From Eledone cirrhosa (lineage: Eukaryota), in contig CAXHJY010000729.1 in assembly GCA_964016885.1 (NCBI GenBank), positions 1 through 37,983 of the forward strand: 37,983 bases of DNA. Reading direction: 5' to 3'. Every line of letters begins with the position of its first letter. The first letter of the stretch is position 1. The notes under the pieces were generated by a model. It was not told the origin of the DNA and made no database searches. It saw only the letters and a program-made list of their open reading frames with translations. This document shows positions 22,410-34,119 of this stretch, piece by piece. Position numbers and translations under genes: made by a program.

Positions 22410-23143
22410 GTAAGTACAATTTTAATGTTACCACGATATTTATGGTATTTTTCTTTATCAGTATTACATTATATATTAGATGTGTATCTATGAGGGCGGT
22501 GTATTGGCAGAAGTGTTAGAATGTTGGACAACATGCTTTGCAGCATAGAGTTACGTCCTGAGTTCAAATCCTGCCAAGGTTAGCTTTGCCTTTCATCCTC
22601 ACAGGGTCGATAACATAAAGTACCAGTAATGCACAGGGGTTGATTTAATTGACTTTCCCCTCATCCAAATTTGTTGGCATTGGGCCTAAATCAGAAGCCA
22701 TATTAGATGAGTATCTGGAGTTTAAAATAACTTTATGAGACCATGAAGATTTTACTTAAAAGTTAATTTAGAGATCAGAAAATGTTATTAGAATACTATT
22801 ACTACTAAATTCATCCAATTCTTTATGGTAACAAGATACGGAATTATCCAGCAAATTTTGAAATCACTGGATAATTCTGTATCTTCCTCAATAATTCAAA
22901 AGGCGGTCAGCCAGGGAGGGTTCATCCAACAGGAGTGAGAAGGCATTGGATTGGATTGGAATATCTAATATATTTGACCTCTGAGTTGCTCTTAAGTATT
23001 TGATGAGCCTGTTCAAAGTTAGCCATTAATATTCAATAAATATAATAACATTGTATTTAACTATTTTTTTTACTGTGCATTTATCATTCTATCATCATTT
23101 TACATCTGGTTTCCATGCTGGCATGGATTGTTATAAATATATA

Positions 23144-23346
23144 CCGTATATACTCAAATATAAACCAAGGAATATGTGACAAAAAAATTGATGGTAAAAT
23201 TGAATGAGGGTTCGGCTTATTTTCGCCATCTAAGCATAATGTGTTAATTAGCTGTCGCAGCTTATAAACAGAGTTTGGATTTTTGCCCATTTCTCAGACA
23301 TAAATGGAGGGGTGAGGGTGTCCGGCTTATATTCGAGTATATACAG
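23144..23346. mobile_element. Tc1/mariner (pogo/Tigger-like) MITE
   Basis: TIRs CCGTATATACTCAAATATAAACC and GGCTTATATTCGAGTATATACAG, with TA on both flanks. Confidence 0.75.
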
Positions 23347-23429
23347 TATATATTTATGAACAAAGAAAAATAATTTCTCCTTTACCCTTTTTTAAAAAAT
23401 TTTTAAAACTTAATGTTTTATTCATTCAG

Positions 23430-23613
23430 AAAAAATAAGTGGTCACTCATCTGAAAATGTGGATGAAGAAATAGCTATTACTCAGCAAGAAGAAAATACC
23501 CGATGTGTAATCACAGGTAAAGAAATGGTGAACCCTGTCCGCAATACTAACTGTGGTCACAGTTATGACCGAGAAGGAATTGAACACTATCTTCGGACAC
23601 GTCCAAAAGGAGT
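23430..23613 (+). CDS. NSMCE2: NSMCE2 coding exon 4, first part of SP-RING (VDEEIAITQQEENTRCVITGKEMVNPVRNTNCGHSYDREGI)
   Basis: Acceptor ttcattcag, donor GT|GTACGT, 184 nt, phase 1 to 2. Matches human [37 protein letters not shown]. Confidence 0.95.
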
Positions 23614-26314
23614 GTACGTTTCAAATTTTATCATTTACTTTATTTATAACGTATACAAATTGTGAAATGTCAAACGAGACCAATATAGTAGAGATAATAG
23701 TGGGGCTCATGTGTAAAAATAGGTAAATGGTGTAGTGTTCTGTTATCTGTTTCTACTTCTTTGTGTCTTTGTGAGTTAGAATACTTTCCTGAACTCTTTT
23801 GATAGTTTTATAAAATCAAACGTATGAAGTAGTCACCTTTTATCCCGATCATCATTGTTTTAATGTCTGCTTTCCCTGCTAGCAAGTGTTGGATGCGTCT
23901 ACATAGACTAAGTCAGTACTGAAGAGAGGCTACTGATCTCCCAAACAGGTTAGGGATCTGTATCTTGCTTACATACAGTTTCATGTTCTACCGAGTGCAC
24001 AGGAGAGGTTGTTGTCTTTGAAACAACTAAAGGGTCTTCCCATCCCTTTGTTTGGCAAGCTTTCTACAGTTTGATGCCTTTCCTATCACCAATCCTAGGG
24101 AGGCTGTCATGTCCTTGAGACAACTGAAGAGTCCTCCCAACCCTTGTTTGGGAAGCTCTCTACAGTTCGATGCCCTTTCTATCACCTATATAGTTGACAA
24201 AAGAAGTACAGGAAATATAGAGCTATCAATTCAATTCACCCTATGTCTTTTCTATGAAGTTGTGACCTTATGTGAATGATAAAAACAGTTGATTGGCAGT
24301 AATCGGGAGAGCATCAAACAACATGCTTTGCAGCATATAGTTACATCCCTTTATGTTCTGAGTTCAAATCTCGCCAAGGTTAGCTTTGCCTTTCATCCTA
24401 ACGGGGTCGATTTAATCAACTTTCCCCTCCCAAAAAATTGTTGGCTTTGTGCCTAAATAAGAAACCATTAAGTGGTCTGATTTAAAAAGAAAAATAATTA
24501 AATGAAACTAACTACTAACCCATTCCTCTAACATGTGACTATAAAAGAAGACCTATTGAAAGTTTAAAAAATATTCAACAGTTATACAGTATCCTCGTTA
24601 ATTTTTGCAACTTGGTAATACCGGGACTTTTCAGAGTGTACTGGGTGCATTTTATTGTTACATCTTTACTGCTTGGTGAACAGGAATTTTGTGAGTTAAA
24701 TGTCTTTTTCCAGACATCCCTGAATAAATCTTCATCATCATCATCATTTAACATCTTTTTCCACACTTGCATGGGTTACACCAGTGGTCCCAAAACGTTT
24801 TAGACCATCAACCCCTTCATGGAATCCTTGATCTCTCATTGATCCCAAGCATGTACAAAAAATTTAAAAAAAATAATTATCTAGATGTGCAGTTTCCACG
24901 TACATTAGGAAAAATTATATATAAACACACTTTGGCTATTATTATAGTTGATGGTTAAAATGTGTGTCAGCAAGTTGTATTTTATGTATTTTTATTTCTC
25001 ACACAAATGTCAGCATTTGACTCCAAATTCCTGCTGTTTAGCAACATTCTTTTGTTGACTCCTTGAAGAGTCCCATTGACACACAGGGGTTGATATCAAC
25101 CACTTTGGAAATCCCTGGGTTAGATACCAATATTATCTCCGTTTGGTTTCCATTGCCAAATTCTGTAGTATCTAGTTTGTTGCAGCACTTGTGCCAGGAA
25201 ACATGTCTTTTCTATTATGGCATGTAACCACACAGCTCAATCCTGTTTCATTTCCTCCATGATTTAAATTACAGTATTATTTTATGTAAATGTCTCCCAA
25301 TCCACAAAGAAATTTTCATAGTTAGTGCACTAATTTCTCAAAAGAGATTAATGATCTTGTATGGTATTTATTCTTAACATCTAGCTGTCCAGATACAAGA
25401 TACATAATAGAATTACTGCAGTGGATTTGAGCTTAGACTCAGTGGCATATCCTTTTGGTCCTTTCACATTTACATTGTTTTATAGGCAACATATTTTTCT
25501 GAAACCCAGTAGCTGATTGAATTCAAGTACATTAATCTGTTTATCTCAGATAGAAAGCAGAATCACATCATAAGACGAACATCTAACTGTAAAACCTCTT
25601 GCTCCAAGAGCTTAAACAAATACCTTAAAATCGGAATGTTAGCAGCCCATCTGAGGAAGGAGCCTCGCAAAGTGGGGTGGCCCTTGCAGCGGATGTCGCT
25701 GGCCTTTGTTTGAGGCGAAGAGCTAAAATATTGCTATGACATATGTGTAGTGTCTGTCACCCTCTCCCCTTTACCCTTTCTTTCTTCCTTTGTCAAATAG
25801 TCCTTTCTCTTCCCTTCATTTTCCTCTCATTTATGACATTTATAGTTCTTTCCAATGCTGCCAATGCTGCTTACTTTTTCCGTATGTTTGACTAATTTAT
25901 AGTTATATCAACAATAAATAAATAGATATGACAACTATTTGAAGATCCATCCAATTTATGTTTGTAGATAAAAAAAAAAACAGAAGTGTAGATGATATTG
26001 GAGAGATCTTTCTGTTTGTCTAAATGTTTGTGATATAAAAATACAAGTATTATTATTTGTTACTGTAACGAGAGCGGTGGATTGGAAGTAGCAATAGAGC
26101 ATCAGACAACTTGATTTGCGGCATATAGTTATGGCCCTTTACGTTCTGAGTTCAAATCCCACCGAGGTTAGCTTTGCCTTTAAGCGTTTCAGGGTTGATA
26201 AAATGAAGTACTAATAATACACTGGGGTCAATTTAATCAACTTTCCCCTGCCCTATCCCTAAATCAGAAACCATTATTTGTTGCTGTATCTCATGTTATT
26301 TCTTCTGTTAATAG

Positions 26315-26465
26315 GTGTCCTGTGTCAGCTTGTTCAAATACAGAACTACTTCAAAATTGCAACCTTGTTGAAAATAAAGAATTGAAGCGATTTATTGAAA
26401 GGAAAAATAGAATGAAAGCAAAGCTTGCCAAACGAAATAACATGAAGGAATCTATTTTGTTGTAA
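26315..26465 (+). CDS. NSMCE2: NSMCE2 last coding exon (CPVSACSNTELLQNCNLVENKELKRFIERKNRMKAKLAKRNNMKESILL*)
   Basis: Acceptor ctgttaatag. Phase 2 completes a Val codon, and CPxxxC closes the SP-RING. TAA at 26463-26465. Total CDS 723 nt = 240 aa. Confidence 0.93.
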
Positions 26466-26510
26466 ATAACTTTGAAATTTTCAAATTTCTCATGCACCAT
26501 TTTATCATAA

Positions 26511-26516
26511 AATAAA
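26511..26516 (+). terminator. Probable polyadenylation signal of NSMCE2
   Basis: AATAAA 45 nt after the stop codon, followed by T-rich sequence. Confidence 0.55.
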
Positions 26517-27686
26517 GTATATATTTCATTTATTTCTCAACTAAGTAATTATTAGCTTTTCATTCCTCCTCTGCTGAGGCAGTGAATTGGCAGAGTCATT
26601 AGAATGTCTTGCAATATTCATTCCAGCTCTCTGCTCTCTGAGTTCAGATCCAGCCGAGGTCACCTTTGTCTTTTATCCATTCAAGGACAAAAAAAAAAAA
26701 TAGCAGTCTAGTACCGAGGTCAAGTATTCTACATCTCTTTCCCATTTTCTATCCTTCTCTAGAAGAAATCTACTGTGCCAGGCTTAAAATGACCAAGAAT
26801 CGCTATATTCCACTATGGTGCCTCTACGACTCCCTCAGGAGTTACAGGACCATACCATTCCTCATCAGCCAGTTTTCATTTTAATTTTTAATTTTTCATT
26901 TTTAAATTTTTATTTTTTTTTATTTTGGTACTTTGTATTGAGAAGAACAAATATTTTAATTCTGTACAACTTCTGTTTTGGGGTTGGTAAAATGGTAGAA
27001 TTTAACCTGCTATAACCTGAGGCCTGTCTCTAAAAAAAAATATCTTTTATATTAATGATAATGATAAAGAATAAATAATATATATATATATATATATAAT
27101 TGGTGTGGGATGCTTAAAGCGTCCGTATACGGTAGGCCATTTGAGCACTCGATGGTCTTACACAGCAGAGTATAATATCACAAAAGAAACGGAGAATCAG
27201 TAGTGCGACAAATTAAACTTTATTAGACATATTACATATTACAATCGTTTCTCTGGCGACCAGCTCTAGGCACGATTGATGCACTGATCGAAACCAGGTT
27301 CAAAATTCTCCGTTTCTTTTGTGATATATATCATCATCATCATCATCATTTTTACGTCCGCTTTTCCCTGCTTGCAAAGGTGGGACGGGAACTGATTCTG
27401 GCTTGATTTCTACAGCTGGATGCCCTTCCTAACACCAACCTCATTTACAGTGAGTGCTGGGTGCTTTTTTTCCGTGGCGCCTACACGTCCACTTTACAGT
27501 GGAATGATATGGACCCTAGTCCTATCATCTCATTTCTACAGCTGAGTAAACTGGATATATATATATATATAATGAAGTAGCTGTGGTAAGGAACCAGATG
27601 GACCATAGCGTACCAGAGTACTCAATACTTAGGGTAGTAGAGTGGGTAATAGGAAAATGTTTAACCCCAGGGGTTAAACATTTTTC

Positions 27687-27719
<33 letters not shown>

Positions 27720-28879
27720 ATATAATTTTTAATGATTTAGTGTTAAAGAATAAAAACTAATGATAAAATCTAAGTATATTTTAAAAAATGAAGATCTCCC
27801 CCGTGTGTGTGGCCCTAAGCTATAGCTTATTTAGCTTATAGGTAAGTCCAGCACTGCCAGCTGCTAAATATTCAATTGATTGTATCTGATCACTAATTGT
27901 ATGTTTCATATAAAGACACTTAACCCTTTAGTACACAGTCCATCAACTTGAAAGATAGGTATGGCTTACAGGTGGTACATTGGATAATTAATGGGGTTTT
28001 TTCCTTAGTGCACCATGCTGTGCTTAAAATCTTTTCCCTTTAAAGCAACAATTAAAAAAGAATAGAAACTTTAGTTTATTGTTTTATGAATCAATATATG
28101 AAGATAGTTTTCAAGGATATCCCAACAGATCAATAGGCTATAGAATATTCAAACATTACCTGAAGAAAGAAAGAACTGTAAAATTATTCATATATAGTTG
28201 GAAGTAACCCAAAGCCATTCTTTTGTTAGGGATAACATAAATACCCAAATATATAGGTTGACACTAGATCTAGTCTAAAGTTTTACACTCATTAACATTA
28301 TTGGAATTTATTAATTGTTAAAAATTTTTTTAACAAGAATTCTCCAATCATTATTTAGCTTGGGGCCCCATCATGTTTAAATCTGACAATCTTATATCAT
28401 AAAGATCAAAAACAGAAATGTATGGACTGAAGTAAAAAATGTGAAGACGTTTTACAGTCTTTGCAAAAACTTTTCTTTATTATAAATGTAATAGAACAAT
28501 CCTAAAAACTAGGTCCAAGTTGTTGTGTAACCCCAGGTCAGCTATGTTTGAGCAGATCTATAGGTATCATTGGTTTTAAGTGAAGTATAGCCAACATAAA
28601 AAAGTGATATACTGCCAGATGTACATTAATCCACTTTAGTTAATCCAAAACTGTTCTACCTGTGTGTGTGCTTTTATCCACCCCCTTGTGGATAATCCCA
28701 AACTTCTATATCTGTGTCTATTTTTTTTATCTCCACTCTTTTATTATAATTTTTATTTTTTATATCTTTTTCTTTATCTCTATGTAAGTATTCTTGTGTT
28801 TTCCAAACCTTGGATGTTCTCTAAACTTAGTCTGGGGAGAAAGTTAAAAGGTTTCACCCAACCACATAACCCATGTCAG

Positions 28880-29700
28880 TTCTAATAAAACCCAATGTGC
28901 CATCTCACTCCTTCACTTTTCAGTCCTACATACCACAGGGTGTTGATCAATCCCATTTCATGTGCCACACACATTAGGCAGAAGAATGGAAGGAAATGTT
29001 CCAAATGAAACAATTTTTTCCACTTTTCTTGCTTCAAATTAACCAGACATGTATGAAAATCCTTGAACCAATGGCACTGCGTGCATAATTTACTCCCCCT
29101 GTTACCACCAGATAATCTAGGGGCCCAATACAACAGCAAGGTTTCCACAGTGACTTCTTGCTTCAAACAGTCATGGAGACTGACCATCGGGATCCAAAGA
29201 GCTGCCCGGACTCTAGCAGCTAAAGCGCTAGCCACAACCATTTAGTAGGTATTTAGCACCAAGTGTCTTTGACATTGGAGCTTGTTCTGTTTCACAACCC
29301 TCACACTTAGGATTCTAATGGTTAAGAAGGGCTTGAACCACCTCCCTTATTTTAAAGCTCAGAAGTAATAGCACTTTCTTCTGCTACCAACACTCAAGAA
29401 GCCTCTCTCTTCTTGCTAGCTGTCCACCACTTTTGCTAACACAAAATATCTCCACAACTAAGTCAATTGTAAATTGTTTGAAAGTGACATTTCTGTTGTC
29501 TGTTCACTGGATTAAAACGACATGGTCCTCTGGCCCACACCAGAAGTCTTAACTCTCCCTCTTTCTGAAACATCTAAACTCCTGCCAGTCATATCTCCAT
29601 GTCCACCTCCAAAGAGGATGCAATTGTTTCTCTGAGATCCTCAAGGACCTATCTTTGTCACACTCTGCTGAGGCCAGAATATATCTGCTTCAGTTAATAA
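28880..29700 (+). mobile_element. Possible very degenerate L1/Tx1-type ORF2 C-terminal remnant
   Basis: WHCVHNLLP...DNL..YNSKVSTVTSCFKQS loosely resembles the zf-RVT region. Weak match. Confidence 0.3.
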
Positions 29701-30223
29701 CTGCTCTAACAAACAGCCTCCTTCAAGCTGGTCTCCTCTGTCATGCCTGTATTCTTTTTTTCTCACCCAATCTGATTGCATTGAAAAACAAATGACTTAT
29801 GTATCCAGCCCATCACAGTGGGTAACATTTGGTGACTTACAGCCAAGATAACCTTTAAATCATTTGTCACATCGTTTCATGGTAAGGCTGAATATGCAAA
29901 ACACCTTTAATAGCATTGGAGATAATCATATTTAAGAACTGTGCTTTTAGCCCATCTCTCCTATGAGACCCCTAACATTCTCATCACTGCTGGTAAACTA
30001 TCATTACATTGACCACAGGTGTTCATCAAGATGACTCACTTGGTCTGCTCCTTTGTGTGTTGGTAACTGACAACATTGTCAACTCAATCTTAGCTATTCA
30101 ATACCTGATATCTTGACACCACACTAGGTATTGAAACTCAATATGGTGGTACCACAGACAGCATTCTGATGAGGGATGATGCCTACATCTCGGCTCTTCA
30201 ATTCTCTCAAAAGTGCCAATTGA

Positions 30224-30389
30224 ATTGACCTGGCGAAGATGACAACCAGATATTGAGCTGGTGTGAGGATGACAATCAGATGTTGACCTGGCCAAGATGA
30301 CCATCAGATGTTGACCTGGGATGAGGATGACAATCACATGTTTACCTGGGGTGGTGATAACTATCAGATGTTGACCTGGCCAGGATAAC
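30224..30389. repeat. ~29-30 bp minisatellite, 5-6 copies (TTGACCTGG..AGGATGACAATCAGATG)
   Basis: Tandem units are directly visible. Confidence 0.85.
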
Positions 30390-30805
30390 CCTTTTCCCAC
30401 TTAAGAAGTACAAATGATATTGTGACTAGTTCTCTCAGGCAACCTCATTGACTCAACTACAGACTTGGGCACTGCCACCATAACACAGAAGAGTGGAAGA
30501 TAACTTAATACCTGGCTTTAACAGACCGCTTTCTTTTGTGCCAGTTACCTTCAATATCTTCGATGTCCTCAGTTCCTGGATGGCAGTTTTCCTCTGCAAA
30601 ACCAGGAAGAGAGCATCTTATCTATGGAAGTAGCTCCATTGACAATAAGTGGCTGCTAGAAAACAATTCTTCTAGATAATTTAGAGACATGAGTCACAAA
30701 ACAAAGGAAATAAATATCTATGAGGCCAAAAGGTTGGCATGTGTGTACGCACGACCTATTTAGCCAACCAGAGAACAAAAGTTTGAATCCCTCTGCTTAG
30801 ATTCG

Positions 30806-31130
30806 TTAGAAACCTAGCTTGGTACCCAACCCTAGCTGAATAGGGGAAAAGTTTTCAGACAGGCCGCCTGAAACTGATATCAGATATACTTTTGCCCGTG
30901 AGCTGTCGCAGAGTGCACCTAACTGTAATGGGATGGAAGTCGCCATTGGGATTTGTAGGGCCAAACAGTTTAACCCCAAAGAATAAGGGGTTAATATAGG
31001 GGAGGACACTCTCAGACGAGAACATGTTGACAAACTAGGTCAGATTTTTCAAGAGCTCGAAGCCGGCAGCACGGGCCGACAGGGTGATACAATCATTAAG
31101 ATGCTGAAGTCGTAGACCATCAATTCCTCA
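30806..31130 (-). mobile_element. CRE-clade retrotransposon reverse-transcriptase N-terminal fragment
   Basis: Minus strand: GIDGLRLQHLND...VNMFSSESVLPYINPLFFGVKLFGPTNPNGDFHPITVRCTLRQLTGK...PIQLGLGTKLG. This matches the CRE pattern GPDGLRPQHLKD / FFGA.L.ALxKxxGGIRPIAVGxTLRRL / PxQLGFG. Confidence 0.8.
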
Positions 31131-31389
31131 ACAATGTTACCTTTTAGCTTTTAGAACTCTCTACATAACCCAGCAACAAAAAAGAAAAACACACGAAAGA
31201 GACACGTTGTACAATATAAAGTATTTTTATATTAGATCCTAACGAAATTTCAAAATCATAGTTATATGTTTTTCTTAAATGCGGCCTGATCTTCTTCGTA
31301 TTATCATGCTTAACATTAGTATATTTGTGTTCTTAGCTGACTGATGGGGAAATAAAAAAAAAAATAATAACCTTTTGTGTCAGTGGTTA

Positions 31390-31483
31390 TGATTGGTCTA
31401 CACATCGTCTCTAAAACTAATCAGCTATTAGCTTTTTTAAGTGCCATGTCAAGATCAATATGGCGCTTGACATAATATTATGT
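31390..31483 (+). promoter_or_regulatory. Putative UBR5 core promoter
   Basis: Inverted CCAAT (ATTGG, ~31392) and YY1-like AATATGGCG (31457-31465), 115-190 nt upstream of the ATG, in non-repetitive sequence. Confidence 0.5.
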
Positions 31484-31579
31484 TAGTTTAAAGTCGCTGA
31501 ATACTTTTGGATATTTTAATATTTGAAACAAGTTTATGTGATTTTTTTTTCTATATATATATTTTTTTCATTTTGAATC

Positions 31580-31641
31580 ATGACTTCACTTCATTTTGTC
31601 GTCCATCCATTACCAGGAACAGATGATCAACTCAATGACAG
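31580..31641 (+). CDS. UBR5: UBR5 (EDD/hyperplastic discs, HECT E3 ubiquitin ligase) first coding exon: [20 protein letters not shown](R)
   Basis: 18 of 20 residues match the human UBR5 N-terminus as I recall it ([21 protein letters not shown]). Donor CAG|GTAAAA, phase 2. Too short for the supplied ORF track. Confidence 0.95.
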
Positions 31642-32397
31642 GTAAAAAAATAAAACTGAAGTAAACCATACATGTTTGAGTATACATATATATAATTTTT
31701 AGTTCCTCTCTTTCAGTGTTAAGCGGACACACAAATATAATTAAATATTTCAAATATACTATTATGTTTTAAAGCGGTTTGCAATTTACAACTAGAGACT
31801 ACACATGTTTATATATGCATTAGTCTTCACATTTTCTTCACAATCATGCCGAATACTTGTATATTAACTTAAAAAAAAGATCAATATATATTCATCGATA
31901 TAAAAGTACCCTCTATCTACATATATTTAAACAAATTTAAATATATATGACTGTCATGTTCTCTAAGTTTTATATAAAAGGAACTAACCGTTTCAACAAA
32001 TCTATCCATGTCATTAGTTCAATAATTTAGATTCAATTCAATAGCCATGAAACATTCTAGCTACCTTAACACGTTAGTTGGTGAAACTAGCTTTACCAAG
32101 CTTCAACAAAAAGATGTTAAAATATATGTAACGTACGCTCCAATATATATTATATAAAACATATCTTTATATTTTTATTTATAACTAGATGTTTTACCAG
32201 GGAAGGTCCAATGAATAGGACGATCATTTTGTTAGGTTCTCATGTATATACACACACACACATTGTTCATTGGGCTTATAAAATTGCAAAAAGGGAGGTA
32301 TATTAAACATAAAATTCCATTTTTATGTGGCATTCTAAACTAAAAGAATTATTCCCTACATGTTTGAAGTAAACATTCCTTATTACAACATTAAAAT

Positions 32398-32445
<48 letters not shown>

Positions 32446-34119
32446 AAACGAATTCACTTTAAATGATTTTAGCCTATTTTCTAATTTTCATTATTTGATT
32501 CCATGAAGGGGCACGTTGCTTTGAAATTTACGATATGTATATGAATAGATATCCTTTTATTGAAATATATATTCACAAATCTGTAATTAGTTAATGCATT
32601 TCACGTGAAAATCTTAATATTTCAATATCAATTTCCCTTCTAGTCAGCTTATATCAACAATTAGTACATGCAGCGTATGGTTTTAGTGTTATAATTTTGC
32701 TTAAGAAAATAAATATATTTGTATTTTCACCTTTAAATTATGTTCATCAATTTGGATAACTTTAAGATATGTTTTTTTTTGAACATCTTATTTTAATTTT
32801 AAACATCTGATTTCCATTTTAGTTTAAGGCGTCCAGATGAATATGTGTGCATTAAAAAAATGTACTACTATATGGTACATCTGTATACACTTCAGAAACA
32901 TGGAAGCTTTTATCATTACCTGGTTTTAGTTCAAATTCGAAATTTTAAAACTTGAAAAAAAAAAAAAAAAAAATTATATCATATATATATATATATATAT
33001 ATTAAAAGCTTTCGGATTTTCTCGGTTATGCTTTAAAAGAGCATATACTTATAAAACTTTGCTTCCAGTTTAGACTACTGCAAAATTGTATAAAACTAAA
33101 GTCTATACAAGCCTCATTTCTTTTATATAAAGGCTGTCCTTAATGCAACATCCATTTGTGTAACATTTTCAAATGAAATTGGAAGGATTTTCTCCTTCCG
33201 AAATCCTTAGAAAAATAGTAGACTGCCCAAGACTTCCTTTGTTTTAGTGCTACACAAACACATTTTTTCCGACATAACTTAGTAGGTATGTTTAAGTTTA
33301 AATCGGTTTATGCATAGTGTATTCAATGTATATAACCTATTATTTTTATTTTTTTTATATAATCGTCGGGTCATCCAAATATTATTTAATGGTAAGACAA
33401 AGGTCATTGTGACCAGACATGTTAATCTGTATACAGTGGAATCGGTCTTATTTAAGAATCGAAGAATATGGCCTCTTTATTCCAGTGCAATAATTAATGT
33501 CTTATTAACCTTGATTGCCACTACATCTTTTATTCTTAATTACATACAGACTTACATTTGGCAGTGTCTTCGATTTTCTTGTCTATTTCCATTATTCTCA
33601 TTTTTAATTTGATCTAACGTTTAAGAGATTTCTTTTATTTGCATTTTATTATTCATGGAAATTTTCCTTCAAATGAAATTTAGTGTTAATGTTTAACCGC
33701 AGTTGTTCATTCCCATGAATTGTTCTTCCTCTAAGGCGACTGTATTTTTCCTTAAATGGAAAAATAAAAATTGTATATTTGTATAATGGGAAATTTTTTA
33801 TTTTTTAAATTCGAATTCTTAAGATGTATCAAACGTGTTATTTACATTCGTCAACGATAGTTTCTCAATTTGACCTATACCATCATGAGTCAGTATATAT
33901 ATAGACTTAAGACCAATCATCCAGTTAATGGTTGAAACGAAATAATATTTTGATGGAGGAGGAGAGTTTTTTTTTTTCTTCGGCAAGCAAGGCACATGCG
34001 GGTCCGCAGCCATAACTCCCATATGTGTATACATATCTTCCTCTATATATATGTATGTAAAGTCACGGACATATTACGTGATTGTAGATAGGTTGAACCA
34101 GAAAAGTTGATTATGCATA

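Noticed and set aside
30806-31110. Telomerase-RNA-like AACCCTA and the hairpin TTAACCCC...GGGGTTAA
   Set aside because: The template match is too short, and the minus strand translates to a CRE reverse-transcriptase fragment.
32823-32874. Candidate UBR5 exon 2 after tttccattttag (would read SLRRPDEY...)
   Set aside because: It does not match the conserved continuation RLREVSEKLN, and the donor is weak. The true exon 2 probably lies beyond the window.
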